Source: a virus
Direction: 5' to 3' (one strand)
Length of the DNA: 64,000 nucleotides
Virus record (IMG/VR): IMGVR_UViG_3300037333_000013
Location: 1-64,000 of that record
The stretch's first letter is position 1. Each line of letters begins with the position of its first letter. Under the pieces are notes generated by a model, which saw nothing but the letters and a program-made list of their open reading frames with translations, ran no database searches and was not told the origin of the DNA. Shown here in pieces: positions 38,889 through 48,397 of this stretch. The position numbers were made by a program, and so were the translations under genes.

Positions 38889-39548
38889 ATGGCAACAGAT
38901 TTACAAGACCAGAAGATTGTGATTGAAGATATGACTCTCACTACTTCAAAGTTTAACACTATTAAAGCAATGATGTCGAACATCGACATCTTAGCACAAG
39001 GACACAATGCGTTTACTGATGCAGTAGAAGATGAGTTCAACCGTTTAAAAGAGCTATTTGACGCCGCAGAGTTAGCAGATGATGTAGACATCGATAAGAT
39101 TAATGAAACACTCTTATCAGTCCAGGAACTTATGTCTGATGAAGAGAATGGTGCAAACATTATCGCTGCACTAGGGACTGTCTTTACAGAGTTAAACAGA
39201 CGTACAGAGACCATCGTAAGAGAAGAGACTATTACGTCTGAGACAGGGATTGCTGAGGTAGACCTCACTGCACAAGGGTTTAGTTCAGTAGATGAGTATT
39301 CACTACTCGTTACTCCATATGGTAGAAACCCAGTCTCTATCAGTGTAGAGAAAGTCGATGAGACAAAATGTAATATTGTTGTTGAAGACAGACGTTTCTG
39401 GGAGGAGTCTACTGAAGATATTAGGCTAAAAGATTGTAGTGCTGATGAAGACAATGTTAAAGTTTGTCTCACTATCCATAGAGTACCAAGACCTATATCA
39501 TTAACATTAACAGAAGTTGATGGAGATGAAACAACAATTGGTGAGTAA
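38889..39548 (+). CDS. Acidic structural protein (DCS-motif family)
   Basis: N-terminal coiled coil plus C-terminal beta domain with LKDCS. Confidence 0.6.
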   Translation: MATDLQDQKIVIEDMTLTTSKFNTIKAMMSNIDILAQGHNAFTDAVEDEFNRLKELFDAAELADDVDIDKINETLLSVQELMSDEENGANIIAALGTVFTELNRRTETIVREETITSETGIAEVDLTAQGFSSVDEYSLLVTPYGRNPVSISVEKVDETKCNIVVEDRRFWEESTEDIRLKDCSADEDNVKVCLTIHRVPRPISLTLTEVDGDETTIGE

Positions 39549-39553
39549 CAACG

Positions 39554-39600
39554 ACACAGGACAGAGATTTCTCTCTGTTCTGTGATAGTCTTTTTTTTTA
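39554..39600 (+). terminator. Intrinsic terminator
   Basis: CACAGGACAGAGA-ttt-CTCTCTGTTCTGTG followed by a T-tract. Confidence 0.65.
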
Positions 39601-39635
39601 TTAAATAGACTACACAAAATAAAAAAGGAACACAT

Positions 39636-40418
39636 ATGACAAAAGAAGATTTCATTCTCTTACAACAATCAGTCTTAGGAGAACTTTCTGAGATTATCAA
39701 AGGGTACGTTGATGCTGGTGATGCAAAGTCTGCAACAGAACTCCTAGCTGTACAGGAACAACTTGGTGGTGTTGAAGAGAGACTTGACTTACTCGATAAG
39801 ATTGACTCAGAAGATGGGTTTGACTCACTCGTTGAGAAGTACAATGCTATCAAAGAGATGCTTGCGTCAGAAGAGGCTGTTACTGAAGTAGCGGAACTTG
39901 TTGATGGCGTAAAAGAGGAAGTCGCATCACTGTCTGAAGAAGTAGATGCTATTGTATCTAGACTCGATGGTGTTGAAGCATCTATCGTAGCTGTCTCAGA
40001 TAGAGTTTCCAAAACAGAGACTAATATTGAATCTATTGAAGAGGAGATTGCACTTGGAAGAGAAGCACAACTTGCAACTGAGAAGCGTATTGACGATGTT
40101 ATCTCTGGTGGAACTGGCTCACTTACTGACGTCAATGCTAGAACTCTTGCGTTAGAGAAACAAGTTAATGACGTAACAGAAGAAGATGGTACTGTTACAA
40201 AAGGTATTGGGACACGCCTTACTGAAGTAGAGAACGTTGTTGATACTGCTAAGGAAGAACTCATCACACTCGTTGAAACAAGAACAATGACTGATGAAGA
40301 TTTAGAGTACCTCAAGACTTCTGGTGTATGTGGTATCTTAAATACGGCTAGAGGGGTATTTGGTGTACCACTTATCGATTGTAGTGCTACTGAAGACGAT
40401 AACGCGTCTGAACTTTAA
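39636..40418 (+). CDS. Acidic coiled-coil (fibritin-like) protein
   Basis: Long heptad repeats; C-terminal LIDCS. Confidence 0.65.
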   Translation: MTKEDFILLQQSVLGELSEIIKGYVDAGDAKSATELLAVQEQLGGVEERLDLLDKIDSEDGFDSLVEKYNAIKEMLASEEAVTEVAELVDGVKEEVASLSEEVDAIVSRLDGVEASIVAVSDRVSKTETNIESIEEEIALGREAQLATEKRIDDVISGGTGSLTDVNARTLALEKQVNDVTEEDGTVTKGIGTRLTEVENVVDTAKEELITLVETRTMTDEDLEYLKTSGVCGILNTARGVFGVPLIDCSATEDDNASEL

Positions 40419-40424
40419 TGATTA

Positions 40425-40454
40425 TATACTGTATGGGTCTTCCCATACAGTATA
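40425..40454 (+). terminator. Intrinsic terminator
   Basis: TATACTGTATGGG-tctt-CCCATACAGTATA followed by a T-rich tract. Confidence 0.65.
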
Positions 40455-40482
40455 CTGTTTCTTTTTTTGATTAGGAGGTAAT

Positions 40483-41073
40483 ATGGATTTTACAGAATAT
40501 ATGGGTGTTGTGAATATCGTCGAACTCAAACGTGGGATTAAAGAAGACAGTACCGCAACATTAGACTTTGCACTAGACTATTATAGGAAGCAGGCAAATA
40601 ATGCTGCTGACTTATCCGACTATGACACACGTGTAGAGATGGTAGATAGACGCATAACAGATGAAGCAAAGTCACTAAGACAAGGTCGTGGAAATATCTA
40701 TCAGATATACTCTGATAAGTATGTAGAGAAGTATGGCATGCCACATTGGTGGAGTTTAAAATTGGATAACTTCTCTTTATTAGAGTTATTGGAATTAAGT
40801 ACAACAGATAACAATGACAGCACAATGCAAGTAGGTGATATTTTCATCACTACGTCTGATGGTGTGGGGTATATTAAAGTGGGCAATCCAGATGGAAAAG
40901 AATTCAATAGCTTTGTGAATATCGATAACAATCATACTATAAGAGTAGAGAAAGAGACGATTGACTATGAAACAGTCAAAGTATCACTCATTGATATCTC
41001 ATCTTTTGAAGAGCAAGCATTAGATTGTAGCACAACAACCATAGAGGTGAACTATGCAATTGTCTTCTTATAG
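40483..41073 (+). CDS. Hypothetical protein (DCS-motif family)
   Basis: AGGAGG RBS; C-terminal ALDCS beta domain. Confidence 0.65.
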   Translation: MDFTEYMGVVNIVELKRGIKEDSTATLDFALDYYRKQANNAADLSDYDTRVEMVDRRITDEAKSLRQGRGNIYQIYSDKYVEKYGMPHWWSLKLDNFSLLELLELSTTDNNDSTMQVGDIFITTSDGVGYIKVGNPDGKEFNSFVNIDNNHTIRVEKETIDYETVKVSLIDISSFEEQALDCSTTTIEVNYAIVFL

Positions 41074-41530
41074 CCCAACTGAAGAGGAGTTTGAATCTTT
41101 CTACAAAAACAGTAAGAAAGAGAGTATCCGAGAGCTATTCTATATCTCTAAGACATTACTGAATGTCTTTGAAAAGTTAGGTGATAATGACAATGATACT
41201 ATTATGAAACTCGTTGACACTATGATGGCTGATGAGAGACTTGTAACCATCAATACAGAGCTTAATAAGATATCTGGAAGTGTGTGTGTGATAGATAAAT
41301 ATGGTAGATTTGAGTTCTCATTCTATAATCCACAAGGAAGAGATTATACTGTGTCTATCTCACTAGACTTGATTAAGAACTTTGACTTTCGGGTCATTGA
41401 GAAGACCTCTGATAGGTGTGCCTTACAACTCATTAACACGTCAACAATTGACAACTTACCATTAGACTGTTCTAGTTTTAATGTTGAAGCAACAGTCACA
41501 ATTACATTAAAGGAAGATTATGGAGATTAA
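41054..41530 (+). CDS. Hypothetical protein (DCS-motif family)
   Basis: C-terminal PLDCS beta domain. Confidence 0.65.
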   Translation: MQLSSYSPTEEEFESFYKNSKKESIRELFYISKTLLNVFEKLGDNDNDTIMKLVDTMMADERLVTINTELNKISGSVCVIDKYGRFEFSFYNPQGRDYTVSISLDLIKNFDFRVIEKTSDRCALQLINTSTIDNLPLDCSSFNVEATVTITLKEDYGD

Positions 41531-42014
41531 AGTAGCTTTTTATAAAAAGCAAACATCGTTATATACAAAAGGAATATACTATGTTCAGAAGTTACAACGT
41601 ACTGAACGACCTGACTTTGTTCACGTTGAGCTTGTTGTAGATGGTGTTTGGCATACCTCGTCATCAATAGATGGTGGTGTAAGAGAGAGGAGAATTAGTG
41701 GCGATAGTGGAAATTGGGAATTCATTACATTGAATGTCAGTGTAGACGAGTTAGCCTTACTTAAGTCATTCTTCTATTCGCAGAGAAATTGTGGTTATGA
41801 CTACTTAGGTGTCTTCTTAACGCAACTACTACCACTAGATATTCAGAGTAGAGAGAGATGGTTTTGTAGCGAGATTGTCGCTGAAGCTTTGATGCTCATT
41901 GGTGTGCTTCCTAGACTCGTTTCCCCAAGTTATTATAGTCCAGCTAGACTGAATGACACGTTGACTATTCTACACAATATCACAAACAAACCAAGCTTTA
42001 AAGTAGAGCTCTAG
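41520..42014 (+). CDS. Permuted papain-like (NlpC/P60, YiiX/C92-type) amidase/peptidase
   Basis: HVELV, YDYLG, WFCSEIVA and SP motifs with His before Cys. Confidence 0.8.
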   Translation: MEIKVAFYKKQTSLYTKGIYYVQKLQRTERPDFVHVELVVDGVWHTSSSIDGGVRERRISGDSGNWEFITLNVSVDELALLKSFFYSQRNCGYDYLGVFLTQLLPLDIQSRERWFCSEIVAEALMLIGVLPRLVSPSYYSPARLNDTLTILHNITNKPSFKVEL

Positions 42015-42043
42015 TAGTATGGTGCATATGCACCATACTACTA
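42012..42043. terminator. Perfect 32-bp palindrome bounded by both stop codons
   Basis: TAGTAGTATGGTGCATATGCACCATACTACTA. Confidence 0.65.
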
Positions 42044-42475
42044 TTTGCTTACTTCTGACTTGATGTAATTCGACAGGTCTTCTAAAGCTATGGAAGAACA
42101 TTCTACTGCATATGCAATATCTTCATCTTCAGCTTTTGCAGATACTTCTTCATCATCTACAAACTTACGGATTGTGTCCTCAGTATAATCTAACATATAC
42201 TTAACATTCTCTTTTGTTAATAAGATGACGTTCTCGAAGACACTAATATCTACACCAAACCCTTTCTCTTTTAGTTTCTCTTTAGTCTTGTCTGATACTT
42301 TGTAGTCTGCCAACTTATCCCAACCTTTTTCCCACTTCAAGAATGATTCTTTTGACTCGTGTGAGTCTTTGATAATCTGTCTTAATCTTAAGTACGCTGG
42401 GTCGATAACACCCACTTCTTTTTCATTTACAAGCATTCTTATAAACTCTACTGTTTGTGGTTTCATGTTCTTCAT
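42041..42475 (-). CDS. Hypothetical protein
   Basis: Start MKNMKP at 42475 with AAAGGA RBS. Confidence 0.65.
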   Translation of the reverse strand: MKNMKPQTVEFIRMLVNEKEVGVIDPAYLRLRQIIKDSHESKESFLKWEKGWDKLADYKVSDKTKEKLKEKGFGVDISVFENVILLTKENVKYMLDYTEDTIRKFVDDEEVSAKAEDEDIAYAVECSSIALEDLSNYIKSEVSK

Positions 42476-42530
42476 TTTATTCCTTTGTAATTTGTTATCT
42501 CTGCACATAAATGTGATTAAGAATAAAATA

Positions 42531-43388
42531 TTATGTTCTTAATACGTAGTGCCAATTTGTCTTTTCTCCGTTCAATGTTCCTCGTACTCTGACAAACAAT
42601 GTATCATCGTTGACGTTCTCTGACACATCTACCGATGTAGAATCAATATCGTCATCATTGTATGTTGATTCATACTTTATATCAATTACTTCTACATCAT
42701 ACGATTCGAATGTAATGTGTGCTTTTAAGTTAAACTTAATTGGAACACCATTATCATATTCAATAGACTCCCTTATCACTTTGAAAGCATTGTCCTCTTT
42801 GTATGTCTTAAATAGTAGAGAACCGAACTTTGAAACAGAACCACTATGTGTTTTTACCATTGCTCTTACAATATACGGCGTGTTGATAGCGAGTTGTTTT
42901 GGTACTGTAATATGTGTATCTAATTGTTTAATGTCGTCTAGGTATAGTTTTGTGTTTCCTTGCATATCTTCTATAATCACAGACATAGAGTCTATATGTG
43001 ACTTATTTAAGTCGTGTGGTGTGATGTCTATTCTAAAGTCCCTGGTTGGTGTGCTGTACTTATCAAAGTATGGAATTGAGAGTGTTGGTGTTACTGCTAG
43101 TACAGGTCGTTCCATCTTGATGTTTACTTCATCTACATCTCTTGCTGTAAATGCATAGACGTTTGACCACCCCTGGTATCCACCTGGGTCTAAGTAGTAT
43201 CTTGCCCGAACATAATACTTCTTATCTGGTGTGAGTGATTCATCATATTGTCTTCTAAATAGATTCTCATCTGAGTCATCATCAATGAGTGGGTCATCGA
43301 ATGATGGGTCATCATCTACTTGCACAATAGTTCGTTCATGTTCTTCATCATTGATGAGTGTTGGTGATGATATGTTTATTACTAACAT
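42531..43388 (-). CDS. FN3/Ig-like domain virion protein
   Basis: QVDDDPSF, LTPDKKYYVRARY...WS and L..NTPYIVRA fibronectin-III repeats. Confidence 0.7.
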   Translation of the reverse strand: MLVINISSPTLINDEEHERTIVQVDDDPSFDDPLIDDDSDENLFRRQYDESLTPDKKYYVRARYYLDPGGYQGWSNVYAFTARDVDEVNIKMERPVLAVTPTLSIPYFDKYSTPTRDFRIDITPHDLNKSHIDSMSVIIEDMQGNTKLYLDDIKQLDTHITVPKQLAINTPYIVRAMVKTHSGSVSKFGSLLFKTYKEDNAFKVIRESIEYDNGVPIKFNLKAHITFESYDVEVIDIKYESTYNDDDIDSTSVDVSENVNDDTLFVRVRGTLNGEKTNWHYVLRT

Positions 43389-43433
43389 GGATATCCTTTA
43401 TCTATAATCAAAAAAGAAAAGAGCTTTGGTGGT

Positions 43434-44030
43434 CTAGATGACCACCTCCACAACCTCATAACCCAGTGTCTTCACTAAGTCTATGAGATTCATATCACCT
43501 TTTGTTAAAGGGTCTCTAATAATGTGGGCAGCACCAAACACCATTGCTGGAATTGTTCCAGCTTCGAGTTCTTCTATAACCTTAATGTGCCACCCATAAT
43601 CTCTTTTATAGATGGACTCATATCCTTTGGACATAACGTCCAGGATATATTTTATCTCTTTGAGATTATTCTCTTTAAATAGTTTACTAAACTTCTCTAT
43701 AATTTTCATTGTCCTCTCATTCATCTCCATTTCTGGCATGTCTGTGTATAAAGGTTCAATTCCACTATGTCTTCTTCTCATATAGAGATAGTCCATTGGT
43801 AACTTGTCATCATCCCCCCACAGGATTTTGTCTACTATTTCTCCCTCTGATTTCCCAGATACTTTTGATGCGTATTTTGCAATCTCATTTATGTCTGACT
43901 CTAATATAATCTTATTTGTGCCAACTAAGGACTTTTCTATATCTTCTTCAGACACAATCCCTGGGATATGGATTGATGGGATAAATCTCCCTTGAAGTTT
44001 TCCGTCTTTTTTAATGTCAAAGTATACCAT
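43434..44030 (-). CDS. TraB/GumN-like protein, paralog 2
   Basis: YFDIKKDGKL.GR..PSIH, PMD, RD..W, VFGAAH, GYEVVEV; clear paralog of 6705..7289. Confidence 0.7.
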   Translation of the reverse strand: MVYFDIKKDGKLQGRFIPSIHIPGIVSEEDIEKSLVGTNKIILESDINEIAKYASKVSGKSEGEIVDKILWGDDDKLPMDYLYMRRRHSGIEPLYTDMPEMEMNERTMKIIEKFSKLFKENNLKEIKYILDVMSKGYESIYKRDYGWHIKVIEELEAGTIPAMVFGAAHIIRDPLTKGDMNLIDLVKTLGYEVVEVVI

Positions 44031-44060
44031 TGTTATTCCTTATGATTTGTTATTTATTAA

Positions 44061-44118
44061 TCCGCATTACCGGTTACAGGACTATGAACACTTGAGTATT
44101 GCCTGACTATATACTCAA
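44061..44118 (-). ncRNA. Leader RNA motif I, copy D
   Basis: UUGAGUAUA-UAGUCAGGCA-AUACUCAA-GUGUUC-AUAGUCCUG-UAA-CCG-GUAAUG-CGG; loop CAGG pairs with CCUG. Confidence 0.7.
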
Positions 44119-44128
44119 TTACTACTTT

Positions 44129-44137
44129 AATAATATA
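44129..44137 (-). promoter_or_regulatory. Early promoter motif
   Basis: TATATTATT preceded by a T-tract. Confidence 0.65.
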
Positions 44138-44153
44138 CCAGTAAAAAAAAAGG

Positions 44154-44181
44154 ATACACAGTACCACGTGGTACTGTGTAT
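44154..44181 (-). terminator. Intrinsic terminator (perfect 28-bp palindrome)
   Basis: ATACACAGTACCACGTGGTACTGTGTAT followed by T9 on the minus strand. Confidence 0.7.
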
Positions 44182-46514
44182 TAATATCTTAACATCTTGT
44201 TATAAGAACCAATAATATAGTCCTCAACTCTTGGAACAACATATTCCTTGTTCCCACTAATATACTTAAAGTGTTTCGGTATGTTCTTACAGTATAACTG
44301 TACAAACTTCACATCGAACCCCTTAATCTCCCTAAGTCTACCAATCATCTGTATATATGTGGCAATGCTGTCTATGTTCACCGTGTTTAGTGTAAAGATA
44401 AGGTTCTTCACATCAATCGCTTCTGCAAAGACTTGTGGGTGTGTTACTCTAATGTCTGGTTCTAATGCATTCTCGTACTTGTCTTTCCCAGTATACTCTC
44501 TCACATCTAGCGTAGGATACCACTCCTTAACGGCATTTGTGATGACAGTCACCATCTTCAAACTAGATGCAAAGATGAGACATCTGTCATTTCCTCTGTT
44601 CTTTTTTATATAGAACATATCTACGTAGTGTCTTATCATCTCTAAGTAGTCCTCTAATAGTCTACTATTTCTGATAATGATATCTTCAAACATATCGTGG
44701 TTGTAACCATACCCACCATTCACACGTAACTCTCTAGCGGTATCTATACTATACCCAACATTCTCTAACTTAATATAGCTTTTATACGTCAGTAAGTCTA
44801 GACGCATATCTTCTGTAAAGAGTCCGTAGTGGAATCGGTTCAGTGCTTTGTCTTTTGTAATCAATGTGGCTGTTAGACCAATGACTTTCTTTGGGTCTAG
44901 TGCTAAGACTGCACGATAGACGTTGCTAAAGCTCTTGTGTGTTTCATCATTGACGAATGTGTGTATCTTTAGTTTACGCATAAACTCTTTCGGAGTAATG
45001 CAATATTCAGTCTCATCTGCTTTAATGGTATTCAAAAAGTATTCGTCAAAGTTATGGAACGTAGAACCACTTACCAAGATGAATGGAGGTACTTTATCCA
45101 TACCCATCAATTTACAGAATGACTTCTTGCCACTAAGTACAAATATATCATCATCCTCTACATCAAAGTATGTCTTGATGTCTAGTATCCACTTGCTGAT
45201 GTGTCCAGCTAACAGATAAAATAGTGTACGTTTCTTTAACTTTGAGATAACTAAGTTTGCCATATAAGTATTATGTGTTACGATATAATCTGTTGTGACA
45301 TAGAGTTCAGACTCATTGTACACTTCAATGCACGTCGCATTACAGACTCTCGTCGGTTCACACGACACGACTTCGACATATGAATCATCAAACCCTCTGA
45401 GTACATAGACAACATTTTCATATTTAATGTCTACTTGATACCCTGTTGAATAAAGTAGATGTTTTACAATTTCATAGAGTGTTCTATTGGTTGTCACATA
45501 CTTTATCCCACTGTTATTCCTAATTCCTTCTAAATGAAAACCTCTTAGTATTGAATGGCGTTCTTCTACTGTCAATTTTGCAAAGTAAAGACTTGGATTA
45601 TGTCTCATCTTACGAACAATGGATGTCACCTCTTTAAAGTGTGTAAATGATATATTCTGGCCAACCACTTTAAATTCATTGTCACTTACTACCCCATAGA
45701 GTTTAGATAGGTGACTCTCACCAAGCATCATATAGTCATCACCGCATACACCGAACATCAATACTGTTGATGCTATATAGTGTAACTCCGATAGTGCGTG
45801 TGTCTTATAAGGTTTAAACAATGGTATCTCAACACGTATCTTTGTCTTAAGACAAGCCTTTAATACTTTCGTATTAATCGTTTGTTCTAGTCCCCCTATC
45901 TTACATTTCCACAAGTGTTCGAGACCACACTCCGTTTTTCTACCATCTTTCAGTGCTACCTCATACATCTGTTTATTATAGTGTTTTGATACACTTGTAA
46001 TAAACGTCTCTTTACCATTATATGTTGTGACACTCTTTCCTACGTATGAACTCCCTATTGTTTCCCAGCCACGCTCTGTGAGTATTGGCGTATCGTCTGG
46101 TTGCATCTTCCCATATCCAGTACGTGCCATTACAAGTACTCTATCTGGATTCCGTTCTTTCAACATACCATTAATAAAGAACTCCTGTTCATCGCGTGGT
46201 TCGAATGTGTTCTTAAATGGAACATCAATGTCATCATATTCAGTCTCATCTACGATAACCGGAGAGAGTTTCTTTGCACCAAATCTGCTGACAAATTTAT
46301 AAATAAAAAACTGTGCGTCAGACGAGAGAATGGTATACTCGTTCTCTCTAATATTATGAAGATAGTATTTGTCTTTTGGGACGAACGTTGTCTTCCCTTT
46401 CACACGTAACATCTTCATTGTCACGAGTGTCTGACAGAAGTCTTTCATAAAGAAGTCCTCCTCATTGTTCTCAGGCATACACCTGAGAACTTGGTTTCCC
46501 TCTACTAACTTCAT
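44181..46514 (-). CDS. SF2 (DExH) helicase, phiKZ gp75-like, intein-containing
   Basis: PRDEQ Q-motif, Walker A ARTGYGK/T split by an intein, DETH, LTAT, QMIGRLR. Confidence 0.85.
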   Translation of the reverse strand: MKLVEGNQVLRCMPENNEEDFFMKDFCQTLVTMKMLRVKGKTTFVPKDKYYLHNIRENEYTILSSDAQFFIYKFVSRFGAKKLSPVIVDETEYDDIDVPFKNTFEPRDEQEFFINGMLKERNPDRVLVMARTGYGKMQPDDTPILTERGWETIGSSYVGKSVTTYNGKETFITSVSKHYNKQMYEVALKDGRKTECGLEHLWKCKIGGLEQTINTKVLKACLKTKIRVEIPLFKPYKTHALSELHYIASTVLMFGVCGDDYMMLGESHLSKLYGVVSDNEFKVVGQNISFTHFKEVTSIVRKMRHNPSLYFAKLTVEERHSILRGFHLEGIRNNSGIKYVTTNRTLYEIVKHLLYSTGYQVDIKYENVVYVLRGFDDSYVEVVSCEPTRVCNATCIEVYNESELYVTTDYIVTHNTYMANLVISKLKKRTLFYLLAGHISKWILDIKTYFDVEDDDIFVLSGKKSFCKLMGMDKVPPFILVSGSTFHNFDEYFLNTIKADETEYCITPKEFMRKLKIHTFVNDETHKSFSNVYRAVLALDPKKVIGLTATLITKDKALNRFHYGLFTEDMRLDLLTYKSYIKLENVGYSIDTARELRVNGGYGYNHDMFEDIIIRNSRLLEDYLEMIRHYVDMFYIKKNRGNDRCLIFASSLKMVTVITNAVKEWYPTLDVREYTGKDKYENALEPDIRVTHPQVFAEAIDVKNLIFTLNTVNIDSIATYIQMIGRLREIKGFDVKFVQLYCKNIPKHFKYISGNKEYVVPRVEDYIIGSYNKMLRY
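45270..46106 (-). mobile_element. Class 3 intein (279 aa) with degenerate LAGLIDADG-type endonuclease region
   Basis: Begins MQPDDTPILTERGW; block B CGLEHLW; block F ATCIEV; ends VTHN/T; inserted between the Walker A K and T. Confidence 0.85.
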
Positions 46515-46528
46515 TGTAGCTCCTTTTT

Positions 46529-48397
46529 TTAGTCGTAGTTATCTAAAAATCCTTGTGGGTCTATGAGTACATCTAAGTTATGTGGCTCTTTCATCTCAGA
46601 CTCAATATTATGTATGGTAAACATATTTTGCAATGTCCCAGTAGAAGCCATTGATGTAAACCCACGATACTTTGTAATGGTCCGTATTGTACCAACCTTT
46701 GCATCTAGCCCTCTAGACATCATATAATTCGTCTTTGATGGGTCTTTTGACGCTAGTCCATAGATAACTGTGGCTAGGTGTGAAATGTGCAGACTTAGCT
46801 TTGTATTGTATAAGTCGAAGGTCTCATTTAGAATACGTTCTAGAGACTCAATCTTACCACCATTAATACTCTTACCAGAACCCATGAGTGATTCCAGGTT
46901 CTTTACAAGTTGGTTGTAGTTGAATACATGATTTGGTATGAATAAGAACGGTGTCTTGTAGTTCCAGTTTGTGATATCTACCTCATAACTATCACCATTC
47001 ATTGTCTTACCATATGTTACCATATGCTTTAAGAACTCGGATGTGAATGCCCCGGACTTGTTACCTGCACCTATCTTGAGTTCTAACTCTTCTATCTTCC
47101 CTTTGCTATCTTCTAACTTGATAACGACTGTTTTCACATTAGAAATTCTCTCTGGTGAGACTCTCATGACATCTCTCTCTGTTGTGATGTCCTTAAACCC
47201 ATATGACTCACGCACCTTAACAGAGAGTGTTACGCGTTTGTATTTCTTGTAGAACCTTGTAAATGATAAATTAATATCAGATACTTTAATGTATTTAGAT
47301 AAGTCTCGGCTCAATACGTAGATACCACCATCTGCTGATACGATGAAGTGCTTTGCAGAGAGCAATGACTGTACTGCTGGCTCATTTACCTTTGTACAAG
47401 ACCACTGCCCTAAGTTGAATGCTTTGTGCTTCGCATACCCATGCTTACCGAAACAAGCACTACATACTTCTTTATTGTCCTTAAGTGTACAAGACAATGC
47501 TGTTCTGACATATATTGTCTTTCCGAATAGATGTGTATCATCTCTCGTAATTGTCTTCCACTCGTCTTCAATGTTTATCTTATACATCTGACCTAACAAA
47601 TGTTGTATATCACCATCGTAGTAGTCCCCATGTTCAGTCTTACCTGGTGGTCTAACAAACCGTTGTATCCCAACCTTTGAACCACAGTCTGTATATTTTA
47701 GCTTCTGCACATACTCTGATATAATCTGCGTCGCCTTTGCAAACGACTCAGCATCTCTAATAGATTGTGACGAATAGAAGAGTGCAGTAACAGCACCACG
47801 AGAATCAATCGCTTCAGAAATCAAGTCCGTGTATCCCTCAGCATAGGACTCTGGAATAATCGTACTGAAGATATCGCCAGCAATGTCATTACCGAACCCT
47901 CTTAGTGCTAAACATTGGTCTCCTTGCTTTGTATTAAAAGACTCTGTCAAGTATCCTATACGTACTTGGTTATCTTCACGTATCTCCTCGTTAATGACAC
48001 GTTTTGTCTCTTGGTAAACTTTCTTTACATTTACTGGGTTAGGGTTATCCAATAGTTCTCGTTTTACCTTTCTAATATTCTCATTGTTTATAATTTCATA
48101 AATATCAGATGTTGGCATAAACGACATGTACTTATCGTGCCCGAATCCATACTTATTATACACATCATTAATGAGTTTAAATGTGAGTATGTTGAACTGT
48201 TCTAATGCTTGTTGAAGTTTATCTACTGGTATATAAATAAACATATCTTTGTAAACATCATTTAGTGTAGATACAAGTGTCTTCTTTCCGTAGAGACCAC
48301 TTTTATAATGGTCTCTAATATCGTAGCGTGTTGTTAATCCTACTGAACGTGCTATGTCATTTATCTTAGTGTTCAAGTCAACTTCAGTCTTTGTCAC
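46529..48397 (-). CDS. Non-virion RNA polymerase beta' C-terminal subunit (phiKZ gp74-like)
   Basis: Q.LALRG, DCGS, RTALSC...VCSACFG zinc site, QSLLSAKH trigger-loop-like motif. Confidence 0.8.
   Translation of the reverse strand: MTKTEVDLNTKINDIARSVGLTTRYDIRDHYKSGLYGKKTLVSTLNDVYKDMFIYIPVDKLQQALEQFNILTFKLINDVYNKYGFGHDKYMSFMPTSDIYEIINNENIRKVKRELLDNPNPVNVKKVYQETKRVINEEIREDNQVRIGYLTESFNTKQGDQCLALRGFGNDIAGDIFSTIIPESYAEGYTDLISEAIDSRGAVTALFYSSQSIRDAESFAKATQIISEYVQKLKYTDCGSKVGIQRFVRPPGKTEHGDYYDGDIQHLLGQMYKINIEDEWKTITRDDTHLFGKTIYVRTALSCTLKDNKEVCSACFGKHGYAKHKAFNLGQWSCTKVNEPAVQSLLSAKHFIVSADGGIYVLSRDLSKYIKVSDINLSFTRFYKKYKRVTLSVKVRESYGFKDITTERDVMRVSPERISNVKTVVIKLEDSKGKIEELELKIGAGNKSGAFTSEFLKHMVTYGKTMNGDSYEVDITNWNYKTPFLFIPNHVFNYNQLVKNLESLMGSGKSINGGKIESLERILNETFDLYNTKLSLHISHLATVIYGLASKDPSKTNYMMSRGLDAKVGTIRTITKYRGFTSMASTGTLQNMFTIHNIESEMKEPHNLDVLIDPQGFLDNYD

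Noticed and set aside
38825-40315. 496-aa minus-strand Ser-rich ORF
   Set aside because: It is the antisense shadow of two acidic plus-strand genes (GAA/GAT codons read as Ser/Ile/Phe) and crosses a terminator. The same artefact explains most short antisense ORFs in the track.
44061-44118. AGUCAGGC match to the flavivirus xrRNA start
   Set aside because: Only two of five copies have this exact word and the helix topology differs. It is kept only as a functional analogy.
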